DNA of 64,000 bases from Ruditapes philippinarum (lineage: Eukaryota): NCBI RefSeq assembly GCF_026571515.1, contig NW_026856964.1, positions 186,001 to 250,000 on the forward strand, given 5' to 3'. Shown here one piece after another: positions 1 to 11,755 of the stretch. The position numbers and the translations under genes are program-made. The notes under the pieces were generated by a model that worked only from the letters and a program-made list of their open reading frames with translations, was not told the DNA's origin and made no database searches. Position 1 is the first letter of the stretch. Every line of letters starts with the position of its first letter.

Positions 1-1485
1 AAATTATTCAATCACAGTAGTTTTGCATTATCACAGAAAGAAAGGCACAGGAAAAAATAAGATAACTAAAAACAATAAAGTTGGCGAGACCTATGTCGCC
101 ACTTAATTAGTAATATAAAAATCACTTTGATGTTGCGCAGCCCATATTGAAGCAAGATGGCTTTTAAACAGAATTTTTATATAAAGTTGGATTTTATATA
201 CATTTTACATCATCTGCAAAACTATTCCAATTCTTTAATACCATTATAGAAAAATGTGCTAATTACATATCTTATTACAAAGAGGAATTGAAAAATTAAA
301 CTTATTTGATCTAGTGTTGTAGTTGTGTATATCAGACATCCGAACAAAATTTGTTTTCATATAACTTGGACACGTATTATAAAAAATCTTATGCAATATG
401 ATTAAAGTCTCAGTTGTTTAACTCTGTTTTCAATATTTAACATGTTAACATCTTTAAAATCAGAAGGAGTTAAACTAGTTCTTGGATGGTAATCTTTTAT
501 AAACCTTATGACTTTGTTTTGAGCTACTTGCAGTTTCTTTTCAGACTTTTATTTTAAACTTTCGTACCAGGACGAACAAGAATAGTCAAAATGACATTGG
601 ATTAAAGCAGAACAAAGCAATTTTCTACAGTTAAATGATAGACATTTACTGTTTCTGTACAAAAATTTAAGTTTAGTGTTTACTTTAGATATGACTGCAT
701 TAACAATTTCTTCTCCAGACAGAAGATTTTCAATTTTCAAGCCAAATATTTGACTGTCTTAGTAGATTCAATAGTGTGACCATTACAAATAATATTAAAA
801 TTATTAATCTTTTTAAGTTTTTTCTTTGGACCAAAAAATCATACATTCAGTTTTTCCTAAGTGGAGAGACAGTTTATTATCAACTAGCCAATCTGAACAA
901 GATTCTAGAGCTTTACCTAATTTCTGTGAAATAAAATCAGGATCATGATGAGAAAAAAGTTATTAGTGCTGTCATCAGCATACAAAATAAGCTTACACTC
1001 AGAATCGATACTGGTGATCATATCATTTACATAGCATAAAAAGAGCAATGGACCTAAAATACTTCCCTGAGGAACACCACAATTTACTATTGATGGAGAA
1101 GAAAGAAAACTCTCCAATATGCTACTAATTGTTGCCTGTTATTAAGATAGATCTAAACCATTCTGTATTGGTAATCCCATCAGATGAAGTTTTCCACAAA
1201 GAATATTATGATCAACAGTATCGAATGCCTTTTGCAAATCTATCATTATCATTCCAGTAAATAAGCCATTGGAATTATTCAGTCTGATATGATCTAACAA
1301 ATGTATGAGACAAGTATCAGTTGAATGTGAACTTCTAAAACCAGATTGGTGTTCATACAATATATTATTTTTAACAAGAAATGATTCTAATTGATTATAT
1401 ACAGCTCTTTCTAAAATCTTAGAGATAATACTTAATATACTAACAGGCCTGTAATTGCCCACTTCAAGTGTACTATTTTTGCTTA
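1..1485 (-). mobile_element. 5'-truncated, frameshifted non-LTR retrotransposon (L2/Crack/CR1-group LINE): RT domain and 3' end
   Basis: Minus-strand ORF pieces carry RT motifs: GNYRPVSIL..KILE..HQSGFR..DLQKAFDTVDH (1142-1480), GVPQGSILGPLLFLCYVND..LYADDS (917-1117), then KVNTKLKFLYR..CSALIQCHFDYSCSSWY (549-740). Several frameshifts and stops. Small stem-loop at about 78-104 in the presumptive 3' UTR. Confidence 0.93.
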
Positions 1486-2086
1486 ACCAGTATGGCTGAT
1501 AGACAAAAATAGATTGATGTTTATATTTTATTTTAAATTGATAAGTACATCGTTTGAAAGTTTTTGTGTATGATTGAGCATGAAATTGAAAGAAAATATG
1601 ATAAGCTTTTGAATAAAGCTTGAAAGGCAAGACAATAGACATTTTTGGATTTTTTTATGATGCTATGCGTTTTTGAGCAATAACTATTAGACGTCAGGCT
1701 TGACCGACAAAAACTATAACAAGCCTGTAACGTCTAATATATTGGACTATGAAAAACATTGCTCATTTTTTTCCATTCTTTTCCAGAATTATGAAAAATT
1801 CTAACAAGAGCTGACAGTATGACACTGACAGCATGCTGGAATATTTTTGTGCTTGTTTCTAAAACATGAGCCTGGATTATGTAATAAAACACGAGTCTGG
1901 ATAATCTGATAATGTAATAAAACATGAGCCTGGGTAATGTAATAATTAAGAAAGAGGAAGATTTCATTCACAAAAATACAAATAATGTATGTGATATATT
2001 TATCAGTCTTGGATAGAACTATCCGAAAGACTGGACTGAACAGAACTTTAAATATTAAAGTTTAAACCACTTTAAGATTACGTGGG

Positions 2087-3451
2087 GGGCTTACAGACAA
2101 CTCACCCCCCAGACGATTCACCCTAAGCCATTTTTTCCAGACAACTCACCCCCCAGACAGTTCACCCCACATTATTGGATTTTTGACACAGACAATTCAC
2201 CCCCCATTTTCTTAACTTTAATTTTGATGAAATTTATCTTAAAATTAGAAGATGCAATAAACAAATTTGTTGTGTTTCTTTACTAAATTGATATTTATAA
2301 ATTAGTCATATTTAAATTAATTATAATAATTTTTTACTTAAAAAATAATATTTGTTACTATGTGATTATATTTTTACATATTATTTACATAAAACTATAA
2401 AAATTACAAATTCACCATAAATTTGTCTTAATTTGTTTACTAAGTGCTAGTGATGCTATAATAAGATGACATATCAAAGATATTAACATGTGATAATCAT
2501 TTGCTCTTTAATCCCTTTCATTTTGAAAGGAATTAATTAATGATTATCAATAGGCCTTAATCCCTTTCACACTTCCTTTGATCGTAATTATCTCTAATTA
2601 GGTGTTAAGTGACTATTATCTAGATAGATGGATAGATATGGTAATTATCTTAAATCTTTGAAGTTCTGATTAATTTCTAATTATGTAAAGCTAAATTATG
2701 TAGAATTGATAATTAAAGTAACCCATTCAATATTCAAACAACTCATTGAATGCTTATGACACATCCATCTACAAATAAATTTTGTGCACGTGCGGCCAAT
2801 TAAATTTTTTTAGAAGCTATTCAAGACATGCTGTTGGTCAGAAATGGATAATTGGAAGAGCTCAATGTATACGAAGACAGATTTATAAGTCAATGGATCA
2901 GGACATTTTTTCCTTATGGGATTTGTATGATGAGCATGAGCTCAGAGCCGAGGAATTCCTTGAGCAAGTTGGGGAAATATATGGACGAATTGTTAAGTGA
3001 AGTGATAAGTAGTGATTAGATAGATTCCTGGCAGAGACATGTAATATTCCCAAACCCAAATGATACTAATCCCCATTATATGTGATAATGACATTATACT
3101 TAAATGACATAAAATGACATTTTGAAATCTTACAATATTCCCAAAAAGAAATGATACAATGTACTTCTTCTCCATAATTAAACAGTTGTACATGTTTGCA
3201 TAAAAATATCATAATATTTTTTGTTGTATACTGTACATCATGGTATATGTGCTGTTATGTTTTGTAAATATGTCATAATAAATAAATTAATAAATATACC
3301 GACTTTTTTAATCTTTTCTACCCATAAACATGATTATCATTTATGAGGGGTGAATTGTCTTATCTATTTTGAGGGGTGAACTGTCTTGAGGGGTGAGTTG
3401 TCTTGCTTTTTTGAGGGGTGAATCGTCTGGGGGGTGAGTTGTCTGGTTACC
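2087..3451 (+). mobile_element. Non-autonomous Mutator-like (Phantom-type) DNA transposon with repeat-bearing TIRs
   Basis: Left end cagacaactcaccccccagacgattcaccc is the reverse complement of right end gggtgaatcgtctggggggtgagttgtctg. Each end has about 5 subterminal copies of agacaaytcacccc. Flanking direct repeat acgtggg at 2080-2086 and 3452-3458. Internal remnant 2782-3000 (RRQIYKSMDQDIFSLWDLYDEHELRAEEFLEQVGEIYG) resembles a MULE transposase C-terminus from memory. Confidence 0.8.
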
Positions 3452-4534
3452 ACGTGGGAACCAGCATGAATAGAAACGCGTACCCTTCTTAGAATAGTCG
3501 ACCAAACTAGGAAAAAGTCATTTATTAACTATGCTTTTAACTCACTAATTGTCTAAGATATGAAACATGGGCAGGGTGATATATAATTAAATTTACTGTA
3601 GACAAAATTAGAATATCCGAAGATTAGTTAAAGTTAGTATCGGTATTTTGTCAAAAATGTAGTTTCTATTTCTGAAAAAAAAAGATAATTATATTAAGCT
3701 TAAATTACCTATAACAAAATAAACTCAAATACACCGCAAATCATTCTGTGAGGAGAAAATATACGGTAAAAACAGCAAACTGTCAATAAAATATCACATT
3801 AAGAGTTATCTTTTCTTCTTCAGTAATTTAATTACGAATTAATTTATCATTATCATCTTTGTTTCGTCTGCTCTTGAAAGTGGGCCTCCCAGCTTGTATG
3901 CGTATTTTTCACTTGTATATAGCTTGTTTTTCATGGACAATTACAAAAACCAAAAGATTCAAACAATATTCAGTATAATACTTGTACAACTGAGCATAAA
4001 CTGTTTGTATATTTATATAGAGTAAGACACGTCTCTGATAAATCTCTACAGTACTTAGCTACAAGCTAGTGATCTTTTTAATGTAGAGATCTTGTTAGAA
4101 AGTGCTCAAATTTAAGATTGCAAGTTTAATGTAACACGTACATTGTATTAAATGAACTTTAATCTTTGCGTGTCCTGTATTCGGCTTTTGTTAATTTCAT
4201 TTCACCGGGCGATCTCCCCCGGGGACAAATCATGCCCTAGGCCTAGTATAGGGAGAACCATGGCGTCACTATTGTGTCCCTTACAAATCGCCATGCTCTT
4301 ATTAATGTGTACAATGTACATTTGTATTTCGTATCTACATTTCATGTGTAGATTTATTCATTTATATAATTTCAATAAAAAACGCGGGAAATTATATGTT
4401 GCACGCTACCGTCAAGATGACGCCGTCCCGTCCAAAACAAAACATGACGCCATGTTCGTCTGAAACATAGACATAGTTATCAGATGCTTGTTACAAGTGC
4501 ACTTATATTTATCATTTTATTTAAAGCATCTAAA

Positions 4535-4839
4535 ATGTCATTTTTCCAAAAACTCATGAGAAGAAAATCAAAATCGGATAGCAAAGAAATCGCCATCAAC
4601 TCTTTCAAAACAGAAAGTGATGCCGTCTACGAGAAAAGCTCAGGAAAGGAAATGAATTCTTTATCAAAAAATAATGTTTTCGAGCCTCGAAGCTTTAGAA
4701 GAAAAGAAGGAAGAGATGGTGATATCCCTGATATTTCATCGGATTCTGATGATGATAGTGAAGGCACGTCGGAAGAATTTGGGGATCAGGTTGCTGAAAA
4801 CAGTAAACTAAAGCTGATATCACAGATATACAAACTAAG
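4535..4839 (+). CDS. Orphan coiled-coil gene, coding exon 1
   Basis: ATG at 4535 (MSFFQKLMRRK); donor gtaaag at 4840, phase 2. Confidence 0.75.
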
Positions 4840-6702
4840 GTAAAGCTCTTAGCTTACGTGTTTATCATGATTGAAGATATTCTTCCTGTTCGATTTGATT
4901 AGTTATAAAGATTTTCTAATAGGTATACATTGCAAAATATAAACGATTTTTAAAAAATTTTGAGTTTATCCGAGCCGCTAGAATACGGCCATAATTATTG
5001 CAAAGAAGGTAGAAATCTATAGTATTCATAAACGTACTGTAGGTACAGGGGTAAAAGTTACAGAAGCTTAAAATACGTATACTGTAAAAAAAAGTTGGGG
5101 GCAAGGGGCCCGCTCGGGCCCCCGATGGGTCCAGGGCAACGCCTTGGCACCCGGAAGCTTTTGCAATTTGGTGATTATAAAAGCTCAAGAAAAACACAAG
5201 TGCTTCATTTATCTTCAGATATAATTATTATAAGTTATGGTTACCTCCAGGAAACAACGTGATAAGTTGCGCAGACGACAGACGGATATACTTACTATAG
5301 AGAAAGAGATCCGCGAGGTGATAGCACTAATAGCGGCAACAAAACAACAAGCAGCGGCCCTCAAGGAAGATCTTCTCAATAAGAAATGTGAACTCAAGTT
5401 TTTGGCATCAGAAGGTAGGGACCTTTGATATTTCTTGTTGTGAGCCATATATTTATCGACTTTATCATGGTAAGTCATATGATAATTAATTAATATTATA
5501 TTATAATCTTATTATGGTCATCATGAAGATCATCATCTTGCCATCGTCGTCTTTAACATTATCATCGTTGTCATCATCATTACCATCATCGTCGTTATTA
5601 TCAAAATTAAATCCCATATTCATCATTATCACCGTCACCATATTTATTTCGGCTTTAAAGTGTTATCAATTAGGATCTGCAAAAGATCAGCAATAACAAG
5701 TTTTGCAAATTTTATGAAAATTCCAAATACATGTAAATGAGACTCTTTTTATACATAAAATAAACAATATTTAGAGACTTTCCATACAGTAGACTTTCCA
5801 TAGAGAAATCAAACTTTGCTTTTCCAAGGAAAGCAGACACTGGAGAGAAAAAAACTTGAAAAATTAACGTCGAAGGTGACCTTTTTTAGTTTACAAAAAA
5901 AAAATGTTTTTTTTTTCAATCTCGGAATGCTAATTCATAAAAGGCAAAAGTTCATTTCCATTTTGATTACCAGTGCAGATTACAGGACATTATTTCTACC
6001 CCCATTTTTATAGATTATGTGTCAGTGTTAATTAAGTTTTCAATCTTTCAAAACACACAGATCGTACAGTTTTAATTTGATTTATCTGTAACTCTACTGG
6101 AACAACAACAACAACAACAATAATAATAAATACATCCTGTAATAAATGTGAGAAATCTAAAATAATGATGTCACAATTTAATATATGATATTTAAATCAA
6201 TTTATTTCCAGTCCCGGAGGGATACGAAATCGAGGCAAAGAAAAAGGAATCCGTGTTCTATAAGAAATATTGCAACGTGAAAACCACTATTGAAGCAAGG
6301 GACCTCTTGGGGACTGTCAGACAAAAAATTAAAGTTTTACAGTACATTGAACTGCTAACATACAACAAATATCTTGAATGTAAACATGAGACAAAATCCA
6401 GCTCTGTAAAAAATCGTTCTAATATTCTGTCGAAAAATAAGAAACGTCACTTTGGGCCATTGATGGATGCTATTCAGTTTGCTAGCGCAGAGAAAAACAG
6501 CCCTCCGAGATCAAATGCTGCCGAACAGGGGGCAGCAGACGACATTCCGCTCCAAACGATTGTGACTATAGAACCGTCAACGACACCAGAGGCGCCACCT
6601 ACACCATCGCCATTCCAAGGACCTTTACTTCCGGCGCATTTAATTCGCGGGCCTCTGTCCCTGGCATCGTCAGCTAACATGACACCGGAAACAATTGTCT
6701 AA
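4535..6702 (+). CDS. Uncharacterised 3-exon gene, 319 aa: acidic N-terminal region, central coiled coil, Pro-rich tail ending ETIV. Exons 4535-4839, 5251-5414, 6212-6702
   Basis: GT-AG junctions (AAG|gtaaag, ctccag|G, GAAG|gtaggg, ttccag|TC) join three separate ORFs in matching phases (2, then 1). Total 305+164+491 = 960 nt, open to TAA. AATAAA at 6717 and 6734. Confidence 0.8.
5251..5414 (+). CDS. Orphan coiled-coil gene, coding exon 2
   Basis: Acceptor ctccag, donor gtaggg; encodes the heptad-like KQRDKLRRRQTDILTIEKEIREVIALIAATKQQAAALKEDL. Confidence 0.8.
5515..5640. repeat. Degenerate (CAT)n microsatellite
   Basis: catcatcat/cgtcgt runs in intron 2 of the orphan gene. Confidence 0.8.
6212..6702 (+). 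CDS. Orphan coiled-coil gene, last exon
   Basis: Acceptor tttatttccag; in frame with ORF 6253-6702; followed by polyA signals. Confidence 0.8.
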
Positions 6703-8418
6703 AATGGTTTTTGGAAAATAAAACTTCTGCCGTAATAAAATAGTCTTTGTTTTGTGTTCAGGGTTCAATTTATTTTTTTGAAAATTGGCCAAGACGTTTT
6801 AAGTTATTGCATATGTTAATGACCCCTAGCAGAAATCTTGACTTGTTTATCAAAGATGTTTACAGTCTTTATTAATGCCTTCGATGACATGGTGAGCAGT
6901 GCACTGCATACCTTTAGAAGAACAGGAAAAAATTGCTACCTAGCTGAAAGTCTGTTTGCATCTGTGCAGTTGTTGAAATTAAAGGGGAAGCAACCAATAT
7001 AAAAAAACACAAACACGTGACCTCGCTTTACTATTAAAAGCCATACAACACCATCCAAATCATCTCAAAAGAAAAAAATTCAAAACATTAAAAGTTATTT
7101 AAATATTTAAATTTCTTCAAAACGAACTTGTTTCCGAGTTTCTAATGGCATGATATTAATAGCAGTAGTGACTGGTTTATAACATTGAGTGTATTTGTTT
7201 GTTTTAGTGACTGTGCTCTGATTCACTGAGACGTGAGAGAATTCCAATAATTTCAAGAGCACCTAACGTGATAAATATATTATTATTTTTCACTTTAATG
7301 TGATGTATATTATATTCATTCAACACAAGTTTTCATATATTTTACGTCTAAAAAGTAAAATAAGAGCTATTTTTGACTGTTTTTTATTGAAGCGCGGGAA
7401 AAAAGACACGCATAAATACACTGGGCGACATCTAGCGGCGGAGTGACATATAACGGAGCCACACTGTCTAAAAAATAACACCGATTCCATTTGCATGTAA
7501 AATATGAAACTACTACTACTGTTTCTATTAGTGACACGATTCATTTAGAAATAATCTCAGGGGTACATTAGCAAGGTATCATGTAAATTATGCGTGTTTC
7601 AAAACCTTCCTTTATCTATCTAACACCATCTCGTGGTTCACCCAGGCAATCAAGGACTTTAAACTATAATTGCCGATAATTATTTATAAAGAAAATATGC
7701 TATATAAAGGTATATTCTCTTAATAACTGATTAAATGATCGATTATATTTGGGTACAATCTTTATAAACGGTGTAACATCGGTCTTGTATAAGTGCCAGG
7801 ATATTTGCAACATTGTACGGACGAACCTATTGATCTAGCTGTAGCATTACAACTGGGCTTTAATACAAAGGTTATGTTTACGACCGTAGAATGACTTTAT
7901 CATTTTCATGTTTCCACAGGTCGTTACATTGAAATCTAATTTTATCAAACAGAATAATTTGAAATATAAGTGAAAAAAATAGGGCTTCGGCTTATTTTAC
8001 GGTTTTAAAATGTACTCGATTTATTCCACATACGGACCTTGTAAAAACTTCAAAACATCGAAGAATTCGACACATAAAGATTTGAGTCCTATATCGGTTT
8101 TTTATTGAAGGGTACACAACAGGGGCTTTCAGTTTACTTCGACATATCGCGTAATTCGACTTATCGAAGTTCGACACATAAAAAGTGTTACACAATGAAG
8201 TTCTACTGTATTTGGTATATCTAATATCCTGTCATGTCCCCTGTGAGAATGGAGATGAGAATTTAAGGAAAGTTTTGAATTCTCACTGCGAAAAAAAAAC
8301 ACGTCGACTTTGTTTATTTTTTTTTTCACAGTTTCGGTGGACTTCATTTCTTCTATAATTTTGTTATACTTTGTATCACTTGTATAGCAAGGAGATTATA
8401 TCTCACCGATGAAAAGGG

Positions 8419-8479
8419 GCCGTCCGGCTAGCTCAATAGGTAGAGCGTTTGACTGTAAATTGGGCGACACGGGTTCGAA
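8419..8479 (+). mobile_element. Truncated tRNA-derived SINE head (tRNA-Tyr-like)
   Basis: A box tagctcaataggtagagcg and B box gggttcgaa; no 3' half of the cloverleaf. The same head occurs on the minus strand starting at 34605. Confidence 0.7.
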
Positions 8480-9537
8480 AAGTGGAAAGTGGTGAAAAGT
8501 GGACAATACATTATATGCTACTGTTGAAAAAAGGACATAACAGATTAAAATAGGACATAAAACTTCACTGATAAACTGTTTATACATTTTTTTCTTCGAC
8601 CGTTAATTCATTTACTATAGATTACCGCACAGATAGGATACCAAATACAGAATTTCCTTAACAAAATATAGATAAATTTTATTTTAAATTTCGCATTCTA
8701 AAAAAAAATTCAAGCCCCTGTGCGATTTAGAAGAACCAAGCTTGTGTCGATATTTTGATGTCTGGGATGCACGCAAAACAAACTGATTTTGATCAGTTCC
8801 GATTGCCAATTTCATTATTAGCATTCAAAGCACATTATAATTAAACCTGTTGCGTAAATAAAGGTTTTTACAATAACAATCATAAATATTTACAAAGTAT
8901 GCAATTAAAGTTGAAATTCTAACTGGAGTTTAGTACAAACATTTGTCGAGTTTAAATTGAGAAAAATTGGAACGCAATGCGGATTAAAAACTTAAATACA
9001 CAGGTCGTGTTTAAAGATCACGGCAATATTTAAGTAGCCAGAAGAATTAATCCTAAAGAGTTTAAAACGTTAATATACAAAGACTCCGGAGATTCATTAC
9101 GGTGTTTTAAATGTTTGAATTAAAATCTACAATCGTTAAAATATTTTTTAAACAAAATGACATTCTGTCAATAATTCGATTTTGTGTTATGAGGAAAACA
9201 TTAAATTTTGGATTATCTTTGTTTTTGGTTTGAGAAAATAACAAAACAGGCGTATATGATCACTGTATAAAAAACAGATACTGTAAAATATGTGGGACTA
9301 TTTACTTTAAAAAAGCAAGTAATCAATTGATCAAATACTTTAAACGCTCTTATTTGGGCTCTCAATTAGAGCTGCGAGTAGAAAAAGGACAACAATCGAT
9401 AATGAACAAATAGTCCTGAAGTCGTTATATGGACCCATTTAACTGAAAGAGACAAACTCATCTTTAAGGTCTTTAAAGAGATTATTTATGCTATAGGATT
9501 ACGTGGATCAAGGGATCTAAGAAATAGAAGTTTCCAA

Positions 9538-10587
9538 ATGATGGATATTTTCACAGCGATTGCCCAAGGGCGCGTGCGACAAATAGGGCATATTTTACAG
9601 GATAGTGATAATAGTCTTACAACAACAACACACGACGGTAAAACGGCTCTCATATATGCTGTTTGTGAAGCGAAAGATGAAATAAGGACTCATTTAGTGC
9701 GCATGCTCCTGAAACAAGGAAGTGACGTAAACGCAATAGACGAAAACAGGCGCACTGCGTTAATGTATGCGTCTATGGACAATGATAAACTAGATTTAGT
9801 GCGTGTTCTAGCAAGATGTAAGGGTTGTGATCCAAATATTAAAGATAATGAGGGTAACACAGCAATAATGCACGCGATAATGTGCGCAAATGCTGCTGCA
9901 ATCAAGGTCCTTGTTAACGCATCAGTGACTAAATCAACGATCAATCTAGAACTTACAAATGCACAAGGATTAACTGCATTAGAAATGAGCGTTAAACTAC
10001 AGATGCCTGAGTGTTGTAAAGTCCTTGTGTGTGAAGGAGGGGCTAACACGAAGCAAGTCAACAATCAAGTCGGGCTGATGAGACTCCTAGAGGACGAAAA
10101 TTTGTTCCAAAGAAATAATACCCCACATTCTCGACATCCGTCGAGGAACGCTTTCGTTAACAGAAAGCTGGATTCTCCGATTCTTGAAAATAAGCAGTTT
10201 GAAGGGTCATACATGTCCAGAGACACTACACCAAATTATGTGGACGACTTTCCCGGAAGGGGAACCCCCTACACTGCCCTCTCGCGGTCTAACAGTCTCC
10301 ATAGGAGTAACAGTAACCTGTACAAACGACGACCGGAAGCTGGCAGTCGACCATCTAGCCTCTCATTCGCAAAAGACGTGCTTGGAATATTAAACTCACA
10401 GAAAAGCTTAAAACGGGTGTTGACGCCAATATCCGGTAGAAATGGAACCCCGGTAATAACAAGGGCCGAGATTTCCGAAGATTCTATCGGAAATAGAACG
10501 CGGCTTCCCAGCATTCCTAGTGGCCGGAAGTTGTTTCTTGTGTCGTCAAAAAACAAGTTCAATGGCTATACTAATTCTGACACGTAG
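9538..10587 (+). CDS. Single-coding-exon ankyrin-repeat protein (ANKRD34/ANKRD63-like layout), 349 aa
   Basis: Longest ORF in the window. Ankyrin motifs DGKTALIYAV, DVNAIDENRRTALMYA, DPNIKDNEGNTAIMHAI, NAQGLTALEMS, then a Ser/Arg/Pro-rich tail. AATAAA at 10588. Confidence 0.92.
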   Translation: MMDIFTAIAQGRVRQIGHILQDSDNSLTTTTHDGKTALIYAVCEAKDEIRTHLVRMLLKQGSDVNAIDENRRTALMYASMDNDKLDLVRVLARCKGCDPNIKDNEGNTAIMHAIMCANAAAIKVLVNASVTKSTINLELTNAQGLTALEMSVKLQMPECCKVLVCEGGANTKQVNNQVGLMRLLEDENLFQRNNTPHSRHPSRNAFVNRKLDSPILENKQFEGSYMSRDTTPNYVDDFPGRGTPYTALSRSNSLHRSNSNLYKRRPEAGSRPSSLSFAKDVLGILNSQKSLKRVLTPISGRNGTPVITRAEISEDSIGNRTRLPSIPSGRKLFLVSSKNKFNGYTNSDT

Positions 10588-10905
10588 AATAAACTAGTTT
10601 GTGCATTAAACCCCTACAGCAAATCAGTCACGTGTCATCATATTGTAAGTTCTAGTTCTTAAACTGACATTCATAAAAATAAACACAAAATAACAATGAA
10701 ATGACTGTTGAATGACAATCAATTGACAGAAAACAAGCAAAACTGTGTTAAACATTGTATAATATGTTCATTTTTTTGTTCCTAACTGTTGTTTAATCAA
10801 AAATTAATATTATTTTCATTTCGTCATTGTTTATTTTTATGACTCCCTTATGCGATTGCAAGACATGCCTGCATTAAGAAAAGGAGACTAGTTATTACTA
10901 TATTT

Positions 10906-10940
<35 letters not shown>

Positions 10941-10996
10941 AATCATCATCATCATCGTCATCGTCATCATCATCATCATCATTATTATTATTATTG
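10906..10996. repeat. (CAT)n(TAT)n microsatellite
   Basis: Read directly from the sequence. Confidence 0.95.
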
Positions 10997-11042
10997 TAAA
11001 AAGCCGCTTTATTTTATATACTATGGGCGGAAACGACCAACT

Positions 11043-11116
11043 TACCTAGATTGATTTACGGCTGCGCGGAGGATATATATATATATCCTCCGCAAAGCCG
11101 TAAATCAATGTAGGTA
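11043..11116. repeat. 74-bp near-perfect palindrome with an (AT)n centre
   Basis: tacctagattgatttacggctgcgcggagga(ta)n tcctccgcaaagccgtaaatcaatgtaggta; 3 mismatched pairs. Confidence 0.9.
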
Positions 11117-11640
11117 TACAAAATGTAGTTCTCAAAAATGTGAAACAAAGTAAAGGTGTCCGCGTGCTGAATGTACGTTTAAACATATTTAGTGTGCTAA
11201 AAAAATTTGTAGAGTAAACATTTCATTGGAGACAAAGAAAACCTCATGCATGCATAAGTCTGTGTATACAATGTACATGCGCCTTTCGGACTAGGTAAAT
11301 CGGTGTGGAGATCCGAATAGTTGCTTCCCTTGCATTGTAACAAATGTTTGACGTTGTCTATATTTCGAACATATCGAGGTAAATCTTAATAACCTTGTAA
11401 TACTACCATTGCAGTGACTATTGCATTGCGCCAATCTTATAGCAGGTGCTTTCTGAAGATAATGCCACGTCTAAGCTTAAGAAGACCAAAGCATGCCAAC
11501 TACCGATATTCACAATCAATAAACATTTATTTACGTTTTACTTTTAAAGTTTAAATATCTGATAAAAATATATGTGAACTAAATAAGCTTTTTACTCATC
11601 TTTATAATTATGTACTGTATTTGAATGACAAGCTTTGGCT

Positions 11641-11755
11641 AAAATAATAATAATAATAATAATGATGATGATGATGATGATGACGACGACGACGACGATC
11701 ATGATGATGCTGATTGATAATACTAATAATGATACTAATAATGATAATAATAAAG
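11641..11755. repeat. Compound (AAT)n(GAT)n(GAC)n microsatellite
   Basis: Read directly from the sequence. Confidence 0.95.

Noticed and set aside
4250-4460. CpG-richer stretch with YY1-like cgccatgtt as the promoter of the orphan gene
   Set aside because: Short motifs only, with no transcription-start evidence.
8419-8479. Functional tRNA-Tyr(GTA)
   Set aside because: The 3' side of the T stem and the acceptor stem are missing, and a second copy at 34605 continues into a SINE body.
9690-10562. Antisense and alternate-frame ORFs over real exons (also 5215-5478, 6474-6680, 33369-33629, 34738-35001, 40395-40622)
   Set aside because: They are shadows of the coding strand with no independent motifs.
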